Positions 10,355-19,714 of a stretch of DNA of 64,000 bases are shown one piece after another. The DNA is from Candidatus Latescibacterota bacterium (GTDB lineage Bacteria; Latescibacterota; UBA2968; UBA8231), in the NCBI GenBank assembly GCA_965203355.1, contig OZ241889.1, positions 2,080,001 through 2,144,000 of the forward strand, read 5' to 3'. The first letter of the stretch is position 1. Each line of letters opens with the position of its first letter. The translations under genes were made by a program, and so were the position numbers. The notes beneath the pieces are model-generated. The model was not told where the DNA came from. It searched no databases and saw only the letters and a list, made by a program, of their open reading frames with translations.

Positions 10355-11146
10355 TCATTCGGCAAATTGCACCGCGCCAAAGCGGGCGGGGTGGTGAAAG
10401 CCGCGCTGGTAGGTCTCGCGCCAAGCCGTGTATTCGGTCTGCTCGTGATAGTGCTGATGGAGCGGGTCTGAGGCGGGGAGATCGTTTAGGCGGCTTTTTA
10501 GATTGCGCCCGCCCTTGCGTTCGATGCGGTAGAGGTTGAGCCGCCAGACATCGCCGGTGGTGGGGCGTCCCCCGCCGGTGATGCTATCGGCCATAGCGGC
10601 CCAAGGAATGGCGATTTCTGCGGTCCAGCCTTGGTCGAGCGAGAGCGAGTCGTTGGCGGTGCCGTGGGCTTGCACCGCTGTTTTAAGCCCGACGATGTCC
10701 CAGTCTTTGGACGAGTGCCACTCGGGCGACACCGAGTAGATCAGCAAATCGACGACCACATTGAGCGGGTTGACCTCCAATTCTAGGTAGCGTTTGCCAT
10801 CGCCGTCCGGGTCGATAAATACCTCCACGACTTCCTCCTCCCACAGTGGATCGTCTTCCTCTTTGTAAATGGCCCACATATCCGCATCTTGACAGACGAA
10901 GGCAAAGTAAAAGTAAGAACTATCCCACAACATCTTAGCCCGCGTGGGAAAGAGCACCTCGTCGTAATCGTTGAGGATGCGCTCAAAGCGATTGATTTGA
11001 TGCGCCCGTTCCCACGAGAATTCGTCCAATGTGCCATCGACGACGATGGGTTCCAAGGCACGTTGAACTGTGTAGTGCGCCTCCAGACTTATTTCGGCCT
11101 GCGCGGTAAGTGGGATGGCGAGCATGAGCATCGTCGAAAAGTGCAT
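10355..11146 (-). CDS. Carbohydrate-binding family 9-like (DOMON-like) secreted protein
   Basis: VDGTLDE, EEVVEVFIDPDGD, WTAEIAIPW, WRLNLYR. Start ATG 11146 follows an AAGGAG RBS. Confidence 0.75.
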   Translation of the reverse strand: MHFSTMLMLAIPLTAQAEISLEAHYTVQRALEPIVVDGTLDEFSWERAHQINRFERILNDYDEVLFPTRAKMLWDSSYFYFAFVCQDADMWAIYKEEDDPLWEEEVVEVFIDPDGDGKRYLELEVNPLNVVVDLLIYSVSPEWHSSKDWDIVGLKTAVQAHGTANDSLSLDQGWTAEIAIPWAAMADSITGGGRPTTGDVWRLNLYRIERKGGRNLKSRLNDLPASDPLHQHYHEQTEYTAWRETYQRGFHHPARFGAVQFAE

Positions 11147-11260
11147 ACCTGCTCCTTGTTTAGCGCGCTGAATATACGAAAATCGCCCGGGCGTACCAAA
11201 AGCGCAAAGGGGCGATGCCAAGCTGGCACCGCCCCGGTATCGGTTGTATTTTTGGTTTTT

Positions 11261-12751
11261 TTAGACGTCGTAGTATAGGGCGAACTCATAGGGGTGGGGC
11301 CGCAATTGGATGGCCTTGACCTCCTCGGTGCGCTTGTAGTTGATCCAGGCGTCGATCAGGTCCTCGGAGAACACCTCGCCCTGCAAGAGAAAGTCCCGGT
11401 CTTGCGCCAAGTGGTCCAACGACGCTTCCAACGACTCGGGCGTCTGCGGCACGCCGGCGCGCTCCTCGGCCGACAAGTCATACAGGTTCTTGTCCAACGG
11501 CTCGCCCGGGTCCAACTGCCGCTCGATGCCATCCAACCCAGCCATCAACATCGCCGCCAGTGCCAAGTAAATGTTGCACGACGCATCCGGGCAGCGGAAC
11601 TCCACCCGCTTGCTTTTGGGACTGGGCGAATACATCGGGATGCGCACCGACGCGCTGCGGTTGCGCTGCGAATAGGCCAAGTTGACCGGCGCTTCGTAGC
11701 CGGGCACCAGCCGCTTGTAGGAGTTGGTCGTCGGATTGGTAAACGCCAACAGCGCTGGCGCATGGTGCAGCAGGCCGCCGATGTAGTGCAAGGCCATCGG
11801 ACTCAGCCCGGCATAGCCGCTGCCGGCAAACAGCGGCTTATTGCCCTGCCACAGGCTCTGGTGGGTGTGCATGCCCGTGCCATTGTCCTCAAACAGCGGC
11901 TTGGGCATGAACGTGGCGGTCTGGCCGTGCTGCCGCGCCACATTCTTGACGATATACTTATACATCATCATCCGGTCGCCGCACTGCAACAGCGGACAAA
12001 AGCGAATGTCGATCTCGCCTTGGCCGGCGGTGCCAACCTCGTGATGGTGAATCTCCACGTCGATGCCGCAGGCGATCATGGTCTGCACCATCTCGGTGCG
12101 GAGGTCGTGCAGCGAATCGGTGGGGGGCACCGGGAAGTAGCCGCCCTTGTAATCGGGCTTGTAGCCGAGGTTGGCTCCGTCGGCACCGCTGTTCCAGCGG
12201 CCTTCCTGCGAGTCGATTTCGTAGAAGCCTTTATGAGGTTGCTGGTCGAAGCGGATGGCGTCGAAGATGAAAAACTCGGCTTCGGGGCCGAAATAGGCGG
12301 TGTCGGCCAGTCGGGTGCGCTGTAGGTAGGCTTGGGCGCGCTGGGCGACGCCGCGGGGGTCGCGGGCATAGGGCTGTCGGGTGATGGGGTCTTCAATGGA
12401 GCAAACAAGCGACAGAGTGGGCACCTCGGTGAACGGGTCCATGACGGCGGTGGTCGGGTCGGGCAGGACGAGCATGTCCGACTCGTTGATGGCCTGCCAG
12501 CCGCGAATGGACGAACCGTCGAATCCGAGGCCGTCTTCAAACAGGTCGGGGGTCAAGCCGGTGCTGGGCATGGTAAAGTGCTGCCAGGTGCCCGGCAGAT
12601 CGACGAACTTGAAATCGACCATCTGCGCTTGGTGCTGCCGGGCTAACGCCAAGGCCGCGTCAATAGCACTGGCTTGGGACGACTTCGGCTTGGCTTTGGT
12701 TTTAGCTTTGGCTTTGGTTTTAGCTTTGGTTGCTGCCTTGGCTTTGGCCAT
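11261..12751 (-). CDS. glnA: Type I glutamine synthetase
   Basis: [28 protein letters not shown], and the adenylylation-site NLYDL. Confidence 0.97.
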   Translation of the reverse strand: MAKAKAATKAKTKAKAKTKAKPKSSQASAIDAALALARQHQAQMVDFKFVDLPGTWQHFTMPSTGLTPDLFEDGLGFDGSSIRGWQAINESDMLVLPDPTTAVMDPFTEVPTLSLVCSIEDPITRQPYARDPRGVAQRAQAYLQRTRLADTAYFGPEAEFFIFDAIRFDQQPHKGFYEIDSQEGRWNSGADGANLGYKPDYKGGYFPVPPTDSLHDLRTEMVQTMIACGIDVEIHHHEVGTAGQGEIDIRFCPLLQCGDRMMMYKYIVKNVARQHGQTATFMPKPLFEDNGTGMHTHQSLWQGNKPLFAGSGYAGLSPMALHYIGGLLHHAPALLAFTNPTTNSYKRLVPGYEAPVNLAYSQRNRSASVRIPMYSPSPKSKRVEFRCPDASCNIYLALAAMLMAGLDGIERQLDPGEPLDKNLYDLSAEERAGVPQTPESLEASLDHLAQDRDFLLQGEVFSEDLIDAWINYKRTEEVKAIQLRPHPYEFALYYDV

Positions 12752-12788
12752 GACAATTCCTTTCTCAAAGTAGTGGTTGATATGGGAT

Positions 12789-12822
12789 CAGGGGGCGCGT
12801 TCCCCACAGCACGCGCCCCCTG
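12789..12822. other. GC-rich 12-bp stem-loop between the porin gene and glnA
   Basis: CAGGGGGCGCGT-N10-ACGCGCCCCCTG. There is no U-tract on the coding strand, so it is more likely an mRNA-stabilising or attenuating hairpin than a terminator. Confidence 0.55.
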
Positions 12823-12862
12823 CTTCTGGTCCGGGTTCCCAAGTTGGAAGGCCGACCAGGCT

Positions 12863-13510
12863 TTAGAAACTCCTGCCAAAAACGAGGAAGGTCGATTCTT
12901 TTTCGGGATTGAGAATGTACGAGGCAAAGTAGTCGCCCTTGCCCATGTTGAGGCCGACGCTGACTAAGGCCAGATCGGTCGTCGTAGTGTAAGCCCCATT
13001 GCCGAGGCCGACGGTGACGCTGACGGCGGTTTCTTCCAGCTCGCCCAAATCGTAGGTCGCTTCCGCCCAGAGCGAATCTTCGGAGTCGCCGGATACATTG
13101 TAAGCGACTAGGGCACTCAGCGGTACGCCATCGGGGGCGAGGGACGCGCTGACTTCGAGGATGTGTACCCCGTCCTCGTCGCTGTAGCTAAAGAAATCGT
13201 CGTCAGCGGTCAGGCCCGGGAAGTAGTAGTCGGTCAGGGTGATGCCGATGGGACCGGACGAGAAACTGGCGTACAGGTCGTTCTCGTTGGCGCCGCCGCT
13301 GGAGATCGCCCACGAGGACCAAGCTCCGATTTCGATGTTGCCGTGACTGATGGACATGCCCGGCTGGACGCTGACGGCATTGCCAAAGTCCGTGCCGCGC
13401 CACACGTAGCGGTTGACTACGTCGGCGCCAAAGCCAACCCCGGCATCCGCCGGAACGGCCGCCAAGGTCAGCGCAAAGAGAAGGGGTGCGGCAAAAAGCA
13501 AACGGTTCAT
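12863..13510 (-). CDS. Putative outer-membrane beta-barrel/porin (TorF/Gcw_chp-like)
   Basis: Signal peptide MNRLLFAAP, NRYVWRG motif, ENDLY, C-terminal Phe. Start reassigned to ATG 13510. Confidence 0.7.
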   Translation of the reverse strand: MNRLLFAAPLLFALTLAAVPADAGVGFGADVVNRYVWRGTDFGNAVSVQPGMSISHGNIEIGAWSSWAISSGGANENDLYASFSSGPIGITLTDYYFPGLTADDDFFSYSDEDGVHILEVSASLAPDGVPLSALVAYNVSGDSEDSLWAEATYDLGELEETAVSVTVGLGNGAYTTTTDLALVSVGLNMGKGDYFASYILNPEKESTFLVFGRSF

Positions 13511-13537
13511 CGAATTCTCCTTAAAGTGGTTTGAGGT

Positions 13538-13565
13538 AAAAGGTGGGGTCGGCTGCACCGACCCC
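13538..13565 (-). terminator. Possible intrinsic terminator/attenuator after glnK
   Basis: Minus strand GGGGTCGG-TGCAG-CCGACCCC then ACCTTTT. Confidence 0.45.
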
Positions 13566-13574
13566 TTGTTGTTA

Positions 13575-13913
13575 TTAAAGGGCACTTTCGCCCGTCTCGC
13601 CAGTGCGGATGCGCACGGCTTCTTGGATCGGCGAGGCAAATACCTTGCCATCGCCGACTTTGCCGGATTTGGCCGCCTCGACGATGGTGTTGATCGCCTG
13701 CTCGTGATCGGCGTCTTTGACGACGACCTCGATCTTGATTTTGGGGACGAAATCAATGCGGTACTCGGCGCCGCGATAGACCTCGCGGTGGCCGCGCTGG
13801 CGGCCAAAGCCCCGCACTTCGGTTACGGACATGCCGGCGATGCCCCGGGCGCCTAGGGCCTTTTGCACGGCCTCGAGGGCCGATGGCCGGAGGAATGCTT
13901 CAATTTTATACAT
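13575..13913 (-). CDS. glnK: P-II nitrogen regulatory protein
   Basis: GFGRQRG, YRGAEY T-loop, GDGKVF, RIRTGE. Adjacent to amtB. Confidence 0.95.
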   Translation of the reverse strand: MYKIEAFLRPSALEAVQKALGARGIAGMSVTEVRGFGRQRGHREVYRGAEYRIDFVPKIKIEVVVKDADHEQAINTIVEAAKSGKVGDGKVFASPIQEAVRIRTGETGESAL

Positions 13914-13932
13914 TGTTGGTTCCCTCCCTCGT

Positions 13933-15267
13933 TTAGTTGTTGATGTGCTGGAAATCCGCGTACGCGGGCTGGCCGTGCTCGCTTAGGTCGAGGCCCTCGT
14001 CCTCTTCCTCCTCCTCGACGCGGAACCCGAGCGTCGCCTTGACAACGTGTGCCAGGGCAAAGGAGAAGGCAAAGGCAAAGATGGCGTACGACAGCGTACC
14101 CAATAGCTGGATGCCCACGCTGTGGTCGGCGTTGGTGCTGAACAGCCCGACCGCGACCGTGCCCCAGATGCCGCAGATGCCGTGGACGGAGATGGCACCG
14201 ACCGGATCGTCGATCTTGATGCGGTCGATAAAGACAATGGCAAAAACTACGATGATTCCGGCGATCAGCCCAATCCAGATCGCTCCAGCCCAGGTGACCA
14301 CGTCGGCCCCCGCCGTGATGCCAACGAGGCCGGCGAGAATGCCGTTGAGTGCCATGGTGATGTCGGGCTTTTTGAGATAGACATACGAGGTAAAAATCGA
14401 GGCCATGCAGCCGGCTGCCGCCGCGAGGGTCGTGGTGACGAAAACCAGCGACACAGCCGCGGGGTCGGCGCTGAGCACCGAGCCGCCGTTGAAGCCGAAC
14501 CAGCCGAGCCACAGCAGGAAGACGCCGATCGTCGATAGCGGCATGCTGTGCCCGAGGATGGGCCTGATTTCTCCGTTGTGGTATTTGCCTTTGCGCGCCC
14601 CCAGCACCAGCACCGCGGCGAGAGCCGAGAAGCCGCCAAAGGCGTGGACGACCGACGATCCAGCGAAGTCGTAGAAACCGAGGTCGTCGAGCCAGCCGGC
14701 CCCCCACTTCCAAGAGCCGGCGATGGTGTAGCCAAAAGCCACCAAAATCGCGGCGTAGAGCATGAAGCCCGACAGCTTGACGCGCTCGGCAACGGCACCG
14801 GAGACGATGGTAGCGGCGGTGGCGGCGAACATGGCCTGGAAGATAAAGTCCGACCAGTAGGTATAATCGGCGTACTGATTGGTTAGGTTGGCCACATCGT
14901 CGTCAAAGCCGATCCAGCCCTTGAGGGCCAACACATCGGCGATGAGCCAGTCATCGCCCGGATACATGATATTGAAGCCGCACAAAGCGTAGGTGAGGAT
15001 ACCGGCCGAGATGATAAAGAGGTTCTTGAAGAGGATGTTGACCGTATTCTTCTGCCGGGTCAGGCCGGATTCGAGCGTGGCAAAACCCAAGTGCATGATG
15101 AAAACCAAGGCGGCGGCGATGAGAATCCACAGGTTATCTATCATGAATTTGGGATAGACCAAGGGCATGGCTTGGAAATCTCCCGCCGAAGCCTGAGTAG
15201 TCGCCCCAAGGACCACGGCACAGATCCAGAAGAGCGCAGGACGGTTGCGAAAAACAGACATGGGCAA
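13933..15267 (-). CDS. amtB: Ammonium transporter
   Basis: FQAMFAATAATIVSGAVAER, DFAGSSVVH, WFGFNGGS, DDPVGAISVHG. Confidence 0.97.
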   Translation of the reverse strand: MPMSVFRNRPALFWICAVVLGATTQASAGDFQAMPLVYPKFMIDNLWILIAAALVFIMHLGFATLESGLTRQKNTVNILFKNLFIISAGILTYALCGFNIMYPGDDWLIADVLALKGWIGFDDDVANLTNQYADYTYWSDFIFQAMFAATAATIVSGAVAERVKLSGFMLYAAILVAFGYTIAGSWKWGAGWLDDLGFYDFAGSSVVHAFGGFSALAAVLVLGARKGKYHNGEIRPILGHSMPLSTIGVFLLWLGWFGFNGGSVLSADPAAVSLVFVTTTLAAAAGCMASIFTSYVYLKKPDITMALNGILAGLVGITAGADVVTWAGAIWIGLIAGIIVVFAIVFIDRIKIDDPVGAISVHGICGIWGTVAVGLFSTNADHSVGIQLLGTLSYAIFAFAFSFALAHVVKATLGFRVEEEEEDEGLDLSEHGQPAYADFQHINN

Positions 15268-15334
15268 TCCCTTCCCTTGTTAAGGTATGATGAGGCATCT
15301 CATTGACGCCTCTTGATGGAACGTCGGAATTGCT

Positions 15335-15350
15335 TGCAAGAACCGTGCCA
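15335..15350 (-). promoter_or_regulatory. sigma54 (-24/-12) promoter of the amtB-glnK-porin-glnA operon
   Basis: Minus strand TGGCAC-GGTTC-TTGCA matches the TGGCAC-N5-TTGC consensus, about 70 bp upstream of amtB. Confidence 0.85.
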
Positions 15351-15443
15351 AGCGGATTGGGCGCAGGTACTTCGGAGTTGTTAGCCTATTGTAAATTCAG
15401 AAGTTAGAAAAAAAAATAATAAAGGGAAAAACGAGGCGGGCAT

Positions 15444-15489
15444 AACGACAAAATTGAAATAGCATTAATAAAATAACAATTTTGTCGTT
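15444..15489. promoter_or_regulatory. Putative enhancer (UAS) for the amtB sigma54 promoter
   Basis: Perfect 13-bp inverted repeat AACGACAAAATTG-N20-CAATTTTGTCGTT, 95-140 bp upstream of the -24 box. Confidence 0.65.
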
Positions 15490-15497
15490 TTAATGGT

Positions 15498-17051
15498 TCA
15501 TTTTTTGTAATTTTTCGGGTAGATGGCTAGTTTTTGCAGCCGATAAGAGAAAATGCGGGTCGTAGTACCGAGCGTGCGGGCGGCCTTGGCCATGTTGCCA
15601 CGGGCGTTCTTGAGGGCCTCGATGATGATTTCTCGTTCATAAGCCTGCATCATCGCATTAAAGGAGCCGGCGACCGGCGTTCCAGTGGCGTCGGCCGTTT
15701 GCAGGGAGGGGGGCAGGTGGTGGCCGTGGATGACGCCGTCGTTGCTGAGGATGATGGCCCGTTCAATGCAGTTTTCCAACTCGCGCACATTGCCCGGCCA
15801 GTGGTAGCTCATCATCATGTCAATGGCGGGTGTAGAAATGCGGTGCATCTCCACGCCGAGCTGACGAGAGTGCTTTTCGAGGAAGTGATCGGCGAGTTGC
15901 AGGATGTCGGATTTGCGCTCGCGCAAGGGCGGAATGAAGATGGGAAAGACATTGATCCGATAGAAGAGATCCTCGCGGAAAGTCCCCTCGACGATGGCTT
16001 TTTCCAAGTCTATGTGGGTCGCCGCGACGACGCGGACATCAATCGGCACCGGCCCGCGACCGCCGAGGCGCTCGACTTCGCGGTTTTGCAGTACGCGGAG
16101 CAGTTTGACCTGTGCGCCTAGGCTGAGTTCGCCGATTTCGTCGAGGAAAACCGTCCCGCCGTGCGCTCGTTCAAATCGGCCGGCTTTGCTCGTTGAAGCC
16201 CCGGTGTAAGCACCGCGCTCGTGGCCGAATAATTCGGATTCGACCAAGGTCTCTGGTAGGGCGGCGACGTGTACTTTAACAAAGGGTTTGTCGGCGCGTA
16301 AGCTGTTGTAATGTATGGCATCTGCGGCTAGTTCCTTCCCGGTGCCGCTGGCGCCGCGCAACAGGACCGTGGCATCGTTGGGAGCTACTTGGCCGATGAG
16401 CTGACAAACCTCCTGCATGGGACTGGAGTTGCCGATGAGGTTGGCCGGGTGGAAGCGCTCGCGGAGTTCGTTTTGCAGGCGCAAGTTTTCGTTGAGAAGC
16501 TGGGTTTGCTCGGCGCGGGCGCGTTGGCGGGCGGCGACCGATTGGCCGATCATGACGGATATGATGGACAGCAGCCGCACGGTATCTTGCAGGCTTTCGT
16601 TGTCCTTATAGGGAATGTCGACGCTAATGGTCCCTACTACCTGCTGCTGCTGGAGGATGGGCACGCAAATGAACGAGGTCTGGTTCTTGGCCACGCTGCC
16701 GCGTGCGCCAGTGCGGTTGAGGAAGAGCGGCTCGCTGCTGATGCGCGGCACGATCACGGGCTTGCCCGATTCCACGACCTTGCCGGTGATGCCTTCCCCG
16801 ACGTCGTAGCGGCCGCGCTTGATTTCCGATTTCGAGAGGCCATAGGCCACGTCGATGGAGACTTCGGTGGCCTCGCGGCTCAAGAGGCTGACCGTGCCCA
16901 AACTCATGTCGAGTTGGTCGCACATGAGCTTGAGGATGGCGTTGAGTGCCTCCTCAAACTTGGTGGTCGATCCTAGTATTTGCCCAATTTTGTGTAGGAT
17001 GGAGATTTGTTGTTGGGCACTGGTGGTCGGCGAGGTAGACATGTGATCCAT
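15498..17051 (-). CDS. NifA-like sigma54 enhancer-binding protein (GAF-AAA+-HTH)
   Basis: GAF domain (GEGITGKV, SFICVPI), GASGTGKE, GAYTGA, WPGNVRELEN, Fis-type HTH. Confidence 0.9.
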   Translation of the reverse strand: MDHMSTSPTTSAQQQISILHKIGQILGSTTKFEEALNAILKLMCDQLDMSLGTVSLLSREATEVSIDVAYGLSKSEIKRGRYDVGEGITGKVVESGKPVIVPRISSEPLFLNRTGARGSVAKNQTSFICVPILQQQQVVGTISVDIPYKDNESLQDTVRLLSIISVMIGQSVAARQRARAEQTQLLNENLRLQNELRERFHPANLIGNSSPMQEVCQLIGQVAPNDATVLLRGASGTGKELAADAIHYNSLRADKPFVKVHVAALPETLVESELFGHERGAYTGASTSKAGRFERAHGGTVFLDEIGELSLGAQVKLLRVLQNREVERLGGRGPVPIDVRVVAATHIDLEKAIVEGTFREDLFYRINVFPIFIPPLRERKSDILQLADHFLEKHSRQLGVEMHRISTPAIDMMMSYHWPGNVRELENCIERAIILSNDGVIHGHHLPPSLQTADATGTPVAGSFNAMMQAYEREIIIEALKNARGNMAKAARTLGTTTRIFSYRLQKLAIYPKNYKK

Positions 17052-17061
17052 TCTATTTTAC

Positions 17062-17103
17062 GACATTTTTGTCATTAGTATGTATGAAAACGACATTTTT
17101 GTA
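17062..17103. promoter_or_regulatory. Two GACA-N4-TGT(C/A) sites just upstream of the NifA-like gene (probable autoregulatory operator)
   Basis: GACATTTTTGTC (17062-17073) and GACATTTTTGTA (17092-17103), 30 bp apart. Same motif as the amtB UAS halves. Confidence 0.6.
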
Positions 17104-17219
17104 AATATCAAACAGCCCATATTCGCGGTCAAAACGGAAAATCGGCCAAAAATACAGTGGCATACCCGCAAGCGGGCCTCATTAAAGCTAAGTGCCGAAA
17201 ATGCGCGGCCTATTGTGTT

Positions 17220-17235
17220 AGCACAAGCTATGCCA
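17220..17235 (-). promoter_or_regulatory. Possible sigma54 promoter for the NifA-like gene
   Basis: Minus strand TGGCAT-AGCTT-GTGCT. GG-N10-GC spacing is correct, with two deviations from consensus. Confidence 0.4.
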
Positions 17236-17345
17236 TCGCCCGGCGACCGAGGGAAGGTCATTGCCGCCATGCCGCAACTCGGTTATAATGATGTTGCGAT
17301 GCGAATTTCTGTTATGCCAGTACACAGCGGTTGTGCGAGGTTGGC

Positions 17346-18119
17346 ATGAGTCGAGATATGACCGACCTATTAAATGAATGGTCCTTCGACCCAGAGGCGA
17401 ATGTGCGGAAAATATCGGGAAAGGACGGGGTTGCGAAGATCCAGATCCGGATCGACCAAGGGGCCTTTCAGGGCATTTTGCAACTCAATCTCGATGGCCG
17501 GCCCGACGGCCGACGGCCGCACGGGCGGGACTTTGCCCTCGATTACTACCGGGGCGAATTGGAAAAATACCGCTGCGAACACGAGGCCAGCGACGAGGGC
17601 TTCGCGCTCGATGAAGCGGCTTGCCGTGAGCTTTTTGACGAAGGGAGCCGCTTGTACAAGCGCTACGCCTTTCTGGTCCAACTACACGACTACCGGCGAG
17701 TCGTGCGCGATACCGAGCGCAATATGGCACTTTTTCGCTTTGTCAACCGCTATGCCGAGCGCGAAGAGGACCGCGACAACTTGGAGAGATGGTGGCCTTA
17801 TATCTTGCGCATCAACGGCGTGGCTCGGGCCATGATCTCCATCGGCGACCAGGACTACGACGGCGCGTTGGCGATCGTGCAGCGCACTCGGGCGCGGATT
17901 GGCACGTGGCCCGAGGTGGAGGCCGAGGAGTTCTACATCGAGCGCGAGCGTTCAGAAGCTGCGCTCGATGAGCTAGAAGAGGAAATTTTGCAAAAGAAGC
18001 CGCTGAGCCGACAAGAGCAGTTGGCGCGCTGGCTACAAGAAGCGGTCGATAGCGAAGACTTTGAAAAAGCCGCGCTGTTGCGCGACGAACTCAAGAAACT
18101 GCGGGCAGGCCAAGGCTGA
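17346..18119 (+). CDS. Conserved uncharacterised protein with C-terminal UvrB/UvrC (UVR) motif
   Basis: C-terminal LQEAVDSEDFEKAALLRDEL. Paralog at 52896..53666. Confidence 0.75.
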   Translation: MSRDMTDLLNEWSFDPEANVRKISGKDGVAKIQIRIDQGAFQGILQLNLDGRPDGRRPHGRDFALDYYRGELEKYRCEHEASDEGFALDEAACRELFDEGSRLYKRYAFLVQLHDYRRVVRDTERNMALFRFVNRYAEREEDRDNLERWWPYILRINGVARAMISIGDQDYDGALAIVQRTRARIGTWPEVEAEEFYIERERSEAALDELEEEILQKKPLSRQEQLARWLQEAVDSEDFEKAALLRDELKKLRAGQG

Positions 18120-18196
18120 CCGAGGCTGATGCCGCCCACTCCTACCGAATTGGCGGTCCGCTGCCCATGCCTAGGGCAGCGGACTCGCTGGCAATC

Positions 18197-19069
18197 CTAG
18201 TAAAAGTCCGTCTCATCCACCAGCGCGAGGAGCGACTGATAGCGATTCGGGTGGCGGAGCTTGCCCAAGGCGCGCTCCTTAAGCTGGCGCACGCGCTCCC
18301 GCGTCAGGCCCATCAACCCGCCGATCTGCTCCAAAGTCAGCGCTTGGCTGCCGTCGAGACCGAAGTAGAGGCGAATGATGCGCAACTCGCGGTCTTCGAG
18401 GCTGGCGAGGGCCTCCTGTAGATGGGCGCGTGCCGAGTTTTGCAAGACATCGCTGTCGGGCGTCGCTTGATTGTCGTCGGAGAGGAGGGTGTGCAAGCTG
18501 CGGTCGTCGTCGTCCTCAAAGGACTCGTCGAGCGAACGCACCGAGCGGGCGCTGAGCATCGTGTCGCGGACCTCCTCGGTTGGCAGGCCCAACTCCGCGG
18601 CGATTTCCTCGACATCTGGCTCATTCTCGCGGCCTTGGCCCAGCTTGCGCACGGCCCGCGAAATGTCCTTGAGCAGGCTGAGCTTGTTCAGCGGCAGGCG
18701 CACGGTGCGGGCGTGATCGGCGATGGTCTGCAAGATGGACTGCTTGATCCACCACACGGCGTACGAGATGAACTTGTATCCCTTGGTGCCGTCGAAGCGG
18801 TCAGCAGCGGTCAGCAAACCCACGTTGCCGGCGCTGATCAGGTCCTCTAGCGAGAGACCGCGATTCTGGTAGTTTTTGGCCACGTCGATGACGAAGCGCA
18901 GGTTGGCTTGCACCAACTCGTCGCGTGCGCCCATGTCGCCGTCTTGAATCCGAGCCGACAACTCGACTTCCCGCTCGCGGCTCAGCGGTCTAGAATCGGC
19001 GATGTCGTCGAAGTAGAGGCGCAGGGTGTTGTCCTCGTCATTGAGGATTTCTTGGATCGTGTAAGCCAT
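18197..19069 (-). CDS. sigma70-family (RpoD/SigA/RpoS-like, no region 1.1) sigma factor
   Basis: NLRFVIDVAKNY, DLISAGNVGL, KFISYAVWWIKQSI, TLEQIG..TRERVRQ. Confidence 0.93.
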   Translation of the reverse strand: MAYTIQEILNDEDNTLRLYFDDIADSRPLSREREVELSARIQDGDMGARDELVQANLRFVIDVAKNYQNRGLSLEDLISAGNVGLLTAADRFDGTKGYKFISYAVWWIKQSILQTIADHARTVRLPLNKLSLLKDISRAVRKLGQGRENEPDVEEIAAELGLPTEEVRDTMLSARSVRSLDESFEDDDDRSLHTLLSDDNQATPDSDVLQNSARAHLQEALASLEDRELRIIRLYFGLDGSQALTLEQIGGLMGLTRERVRQLKERALGKLRHPNRYQSLLALVDETDFY

Positions 19070-19714
19070 ATGTGAAAACTCCTATTAATAATGGGATTAG
19101 CAGGTGCAAATTTTTGCACTTAGTTCAACGAGATCGGAGCTTGTCCAAGGTGTGTTCCTTAAACTGGCGCACACGCCCCGCGTCAGACCCATCGAGACCG
19201 CGGTAGCGGTACAGGACGCGCTACTCGCGGTCTTCCTGGGTTGGCGGGTCCAGATTCGCGGCGATTTCCTCGATCGCGCGGCTTTAGCCCAGCTTGCGGG
19301 TGTGCGCGGCGACGGTCTGGAAGATGAACTGCTTGATCCACAACTCGGCGTACAAGATGAACTTGCATTCCTTGGTGCCGTCGAAGCGGTCAGCAGCGGT
19401 CAGCAAACCCACGTTGCCGGCGCTGATCAGGTCCTCTAGCGAGAGACCGCGATTCTGGTAGTTTTTGGCCACGTCGATGACGAAGCGCAGGTTGGCTTGC
19501 ACCAACTCGTCGCGTGCGCCCATGTCGCCGTCTTGAATCCGAGCCGACAACTCGACTTCCCGCTCGCGGCTCAGCGGTCTAGAATCGGCGATGTCGTCGA
19601 AGTAGAGGCGCAGGGTGTTGTCCTCGTCATTGAGGATTTCTTGGATCGTGTAAGCCATGTGTGAAAACTCCTATTAATAATGGGATTAGCAGGTGCAAAT
19701 TTTTGCACTTAGTT
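18781..19714. repeat. 345-bp near-identical direct repeat (18781..19125 and 19370..19714) covering the sigma 5' half, RBS and leader
   Basis: Offset 589 bp. Only one difference found by eye (19070 A vs 19659 G). Confidence 0.9.
19126..19658 (-). pseudogene. Truncated, internally deleted tandem copy of the sigma factor (124-aa ORF 19284..19658 plus decayed 3' remnant)
   Basis: First ~96 aa identical to 18197..19069. 19126..19369 aligns patchily to regions 2.4-4.2 of the intact gene, with multiple deletions. Confidence 0.85.

Noticed and set aside
11294-12325. 343-aa ORF antisense to glnA, plus many similar overlapping ORFs (e.g. 4110..5177, 22237..23175, 49201..50232)
   Set aside because: Shadow ORFs expected in high-GC DNA opposite well-supported genes; no recognisable motifs.
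12863-13807. 314-aa version of the porin ORF overlapping glnK
   Set aside because: The extension is an alternate frame of glnK. The signal peptide and RBS point to ATG 13510.
15498-17051. Calling the regulator nifA and inferring nitrogen fixation
   Set aside because: No nif structural genes in the window, and the candidate sites are not TGT-N10-ACA.
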